The translations under genes and the position numbers were made by a program. This document shows, in pieces, positions 61,451-64,000 of a stretch of DNA of 64,000 bases. The first letter of the stretch is position 1; each line of letters starts with the position of its first letter. Below the pieces are notes generated by a model that worked only from the letters and a program-made list of their open reading frames with translations, made no database searches and was not told the DNA's origin. This DNA comes from Octopus sinensis (taxonomy: Eukaryota), in contig NW_021824954.1 in assembly GCF_006345805.1 (NCBI RefSeq), positions 62,001-126,000 of the forward strand, in the 5' to 3' direction.

Positions 61451-62118
61451 ATGGGTGTTGCCACTTTCAGCAGCTGACTGGATACTCTGAGAGATTTCCT
61501 GCCAATACCTATTTGCACAGCGTCTGGCAGTCAGTTGGGTTTTATTTCTTGCTTTCTGAGTTCTTCGAGTGACTTTGTAGAAGAATTACTCTTGTATAGC
61601 ATCAGAGCTGCACGCTTCGATAACTGTTTCCAGCTCTGAGAGCCCAGCACTGAACCAATCTGGGTTTTGCCTTTCTCTCATGCCGAAAGTATCTATTGAT
61701 ATAGTATACAAAGCTTCCCTGATATAATTCCACCTACTTACAGCAGAGGAGGTTGGGCAGCTACTGAGGGCAACCTTAATAGAAACAGCAAAACATTGTC
61801 GCAGTGTAGGGTCCGAGGTGCTGGCAGTGTTAATGCATAGTCAGCCCATTTTCTTGGAGTGATGGACTTTTTTAGGCAGAATCCTCACCCTGCTTCATAT
61901 TAGTGAATGATCTGTGTCACAATCTGCGCTGTGGTTACTACAGGTCAGTTGAACATAATTCAGAAAGGATCTTCGTGTAATGTTGAGATTTTGGATGTCT
62001 CCAAGATGCCTTGTGGGATGTATTGTTGGCAAAGAATGTGTTAGTGATGTACAGGTTATGGTATGTGCAAAATTCAAGTAATCTCTGACCATTGTCATTC
62101 ATGTTGCCAATGCCAAAA
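61451..62118 (-). mobile_element. RTE/BovB-like fragment closely matching 32773-33260
   Basis: Reverse complement is colinear with 32773-33258 and extends upstream into APE (GIGNMNDNGQRLLEFC). Confidence 0.88.
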
Positions 62119-62254
62119 CACATATATACATATATATACGATTGATTTGTTTCAGTTCCTGTCTATGAAATCCATATATATATGCATACACACACACACA
62201 CACACACACAAAGATAAATTGATAGATACAACTGAGTGGGCAAACAAAAATATG

Positions 62255-62575
62255 AGACACTGCGTAGTGATTTTTTATATTTTGATAAGCCTGGTACTTA
62301 TTCTATCCGTTTCTTCTTGTGAAACCAGTAAGTTATGGGGATGTAAATAAACAAACACCAGTTGTGAAGCAGTGATAAGGGAGAAACACAAACACACACA
62401 CATAGACTTACATATATACATACATATACATACAATTGATTTCTTTCAGTTTCTGTCTACAAAATCCACTGAGGCTATAGCAGAAGACACATGCCAAGTT
62501 ACCACACAGTGGGACTGAACTGAGGACCATGTGTTTTGGAACCAAGTTTGTTACCACACAGCCACACCTGCACCT
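62255..62575 (-). mobile_element. SINE family B
   Basis: Reverse complement of the head (ttaccacacagccacacctgcacc), B box and 3' part (gtacttattctatc, aaacaccagttgt). Confidence 0.75.
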
Positions 62576-62785
62576 ATGTGTGTGTGTGTGTATGTGTGTA
62601 TGGGTGTATATATTATGCATATATATATACTTGTATATATATATGTGTACATATTACATGTACAGCTATATATATATATACATCTAGACATACATGTATA
62701 CACATACATGTATATCTATAGAAATACATCTATACATATGCATGTATACATATACAGCTATATATATATATATACATCCATATAT

Positions 62786-62837
<52 letters not shown>

Positions 62838-63457
62838 CATATATATATATACAAATTGAGATAGGGGTTGTAAATGCAACCCTCCATAGGATAACATATA
62901 TCCAATATACTGCTAGTGAAGTACCCAACAAAGTTAATACATAAATGTTAAGGATTGCGATGCAATCAATTCATTTACTGTATTATATGGGCAAAGGTAA
63001 AATGATTTACCACAAATTACTAATACAAGATAAGAAAATGGAGAAATACATCTAAATCAAATATCAATTACCAGATAATACTCAATCACATACTTTATTA
63101 AACCACCACATAAGAGACTGTAGGGTTAAACATAAAAAAGTAGAACAAATCAGTGTACTTAAAGGAATGTACATAAAAAAGTGTACATAAAAGAGTGATG
63201 TTGTATAATAAGTAGAATATATATAAAAAAGAGAATATACATATAAGTAAATATAAATATAAGTATAGATTACATCTTACAGCTGTTTCGGCCATGTAGA
63301 TAAGTATGTCTCGTTTTACCAATATTGGCCTTTTATGGTAGGTCAATATATATATATATATAAATGAGACATTTACAAAAATAGGTTTACCTTTGTGATC
63401 TTCTTAATTTGTATTCCATTTTATTTATCTATTTATCTATACATGGATATATATGTA

Positions 63458-63489
<32 letters not shown>

Positions 63490-63498
<9 letters not shown>

Positions 63499-63830
63499 CG
63501 GGAAGCTTTATGAAAATAGACAAAAGACGAAGGCAGGTTTACGGAAATAAACAAAAGACGAAGGCAGGTGGAATACAAACAAACAATTGTATTAGTATGC
63601 CGCTCAGGAAATATAAATAAAACAAGTCTTTAACGTTTCGAGCCTACGCTCTTCAACAGAAAGATACACAGAGAAAAAATACACAGAAAGAAGGAGAGAA
63701 AAAAAATGCGTGCAGAGGCTAGCGAATCAACATGGCGATCTGATTTCGGCCAGAAGTCAAAGGTCAAACGTGAGACGCAAGAGCGAAATTAGGGGAGATA
63801 ATAGGGTTAAATGACATCGCTCCAACATAA
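63490..63830 (-). repeat. Penelope-like terminal repeat fragment carrying a hammerhead-like motif
   Basis: Contains the motif at 63627-63664 and an internal ~30-bp duplication (acaaaagacgaaggcaggt). The Penelope link is inferred from the ribozyme type. Confidence 0.45.
63627..63664 (-). ncRNA. Minimal type-I hammerhead-like motif
   Basis: Minus strand: TCTTT CTGTTGA A GAGC-gtag-GCTC GAAA CG TTA AAGA. Palindromic AACGTT stem III; position 6 is U instead of A. Confidence 0.52.
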
Positions 63831-64000
63831 GAGTGTGTGTGTGTGTGTATGAGAAGAGTGTGTGTGTGTGTGTGTATGAGAGAGTATTAGTGCGTATGAG
63901 AGGTCTGGACGTGTGTATGTATATATGATGTGATGTGTAAAGTTGTATGGTGTAGTGTAGAGAGAGGAGATGAGGGAAGAGGGGAGGTAAGGGGTGAGGG

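Overview
AT-rich eukaryotic (animal) genomic DNA made almost entirely of microsatellites and decayed, nested transposable elements. The SINE/LINE/microsatellite inventory resembles a coleoid cephalopod such as Octopus (inference, not a database result). I found no host protein-coding gene, rRNA, true tRNA gene or CRISPR array. Contents: RTE-clade LINEs (6 fragments), one more Expander/Rex3-like RTE fragment, a near-full-length CR1-like LINE, a Tx1/L1-clade 3' fragment sitting in a (TC)n tract, R4/Dong-like LINE fragments, a Gypsy relic, two mariners, one Tc1, a Sola2-like element, a hAT relic, a TA-flanked TIR element, non-autonomous Helitrons and two tRNA-derived SINE families. Best leads: (1) an ORF1/gag-only retroelement (HAL1/HeT-A-like) whose 3' tail is shared with the Tx1-like LINE and with a tRNA-SINE, suggesting a three-tier LINE / half-LINE / SINE system; (2) eight minimal type-I hammerhead-ribozyme-like motifs from five sequence families, including tandem and inverted copies in a palindromic element and one inside a Helitron; (3) a PHD finger embedded in an RTE reverse transcriptase. 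All alignments were made by eye, and boundaries without TSD/TIR support are approximate.
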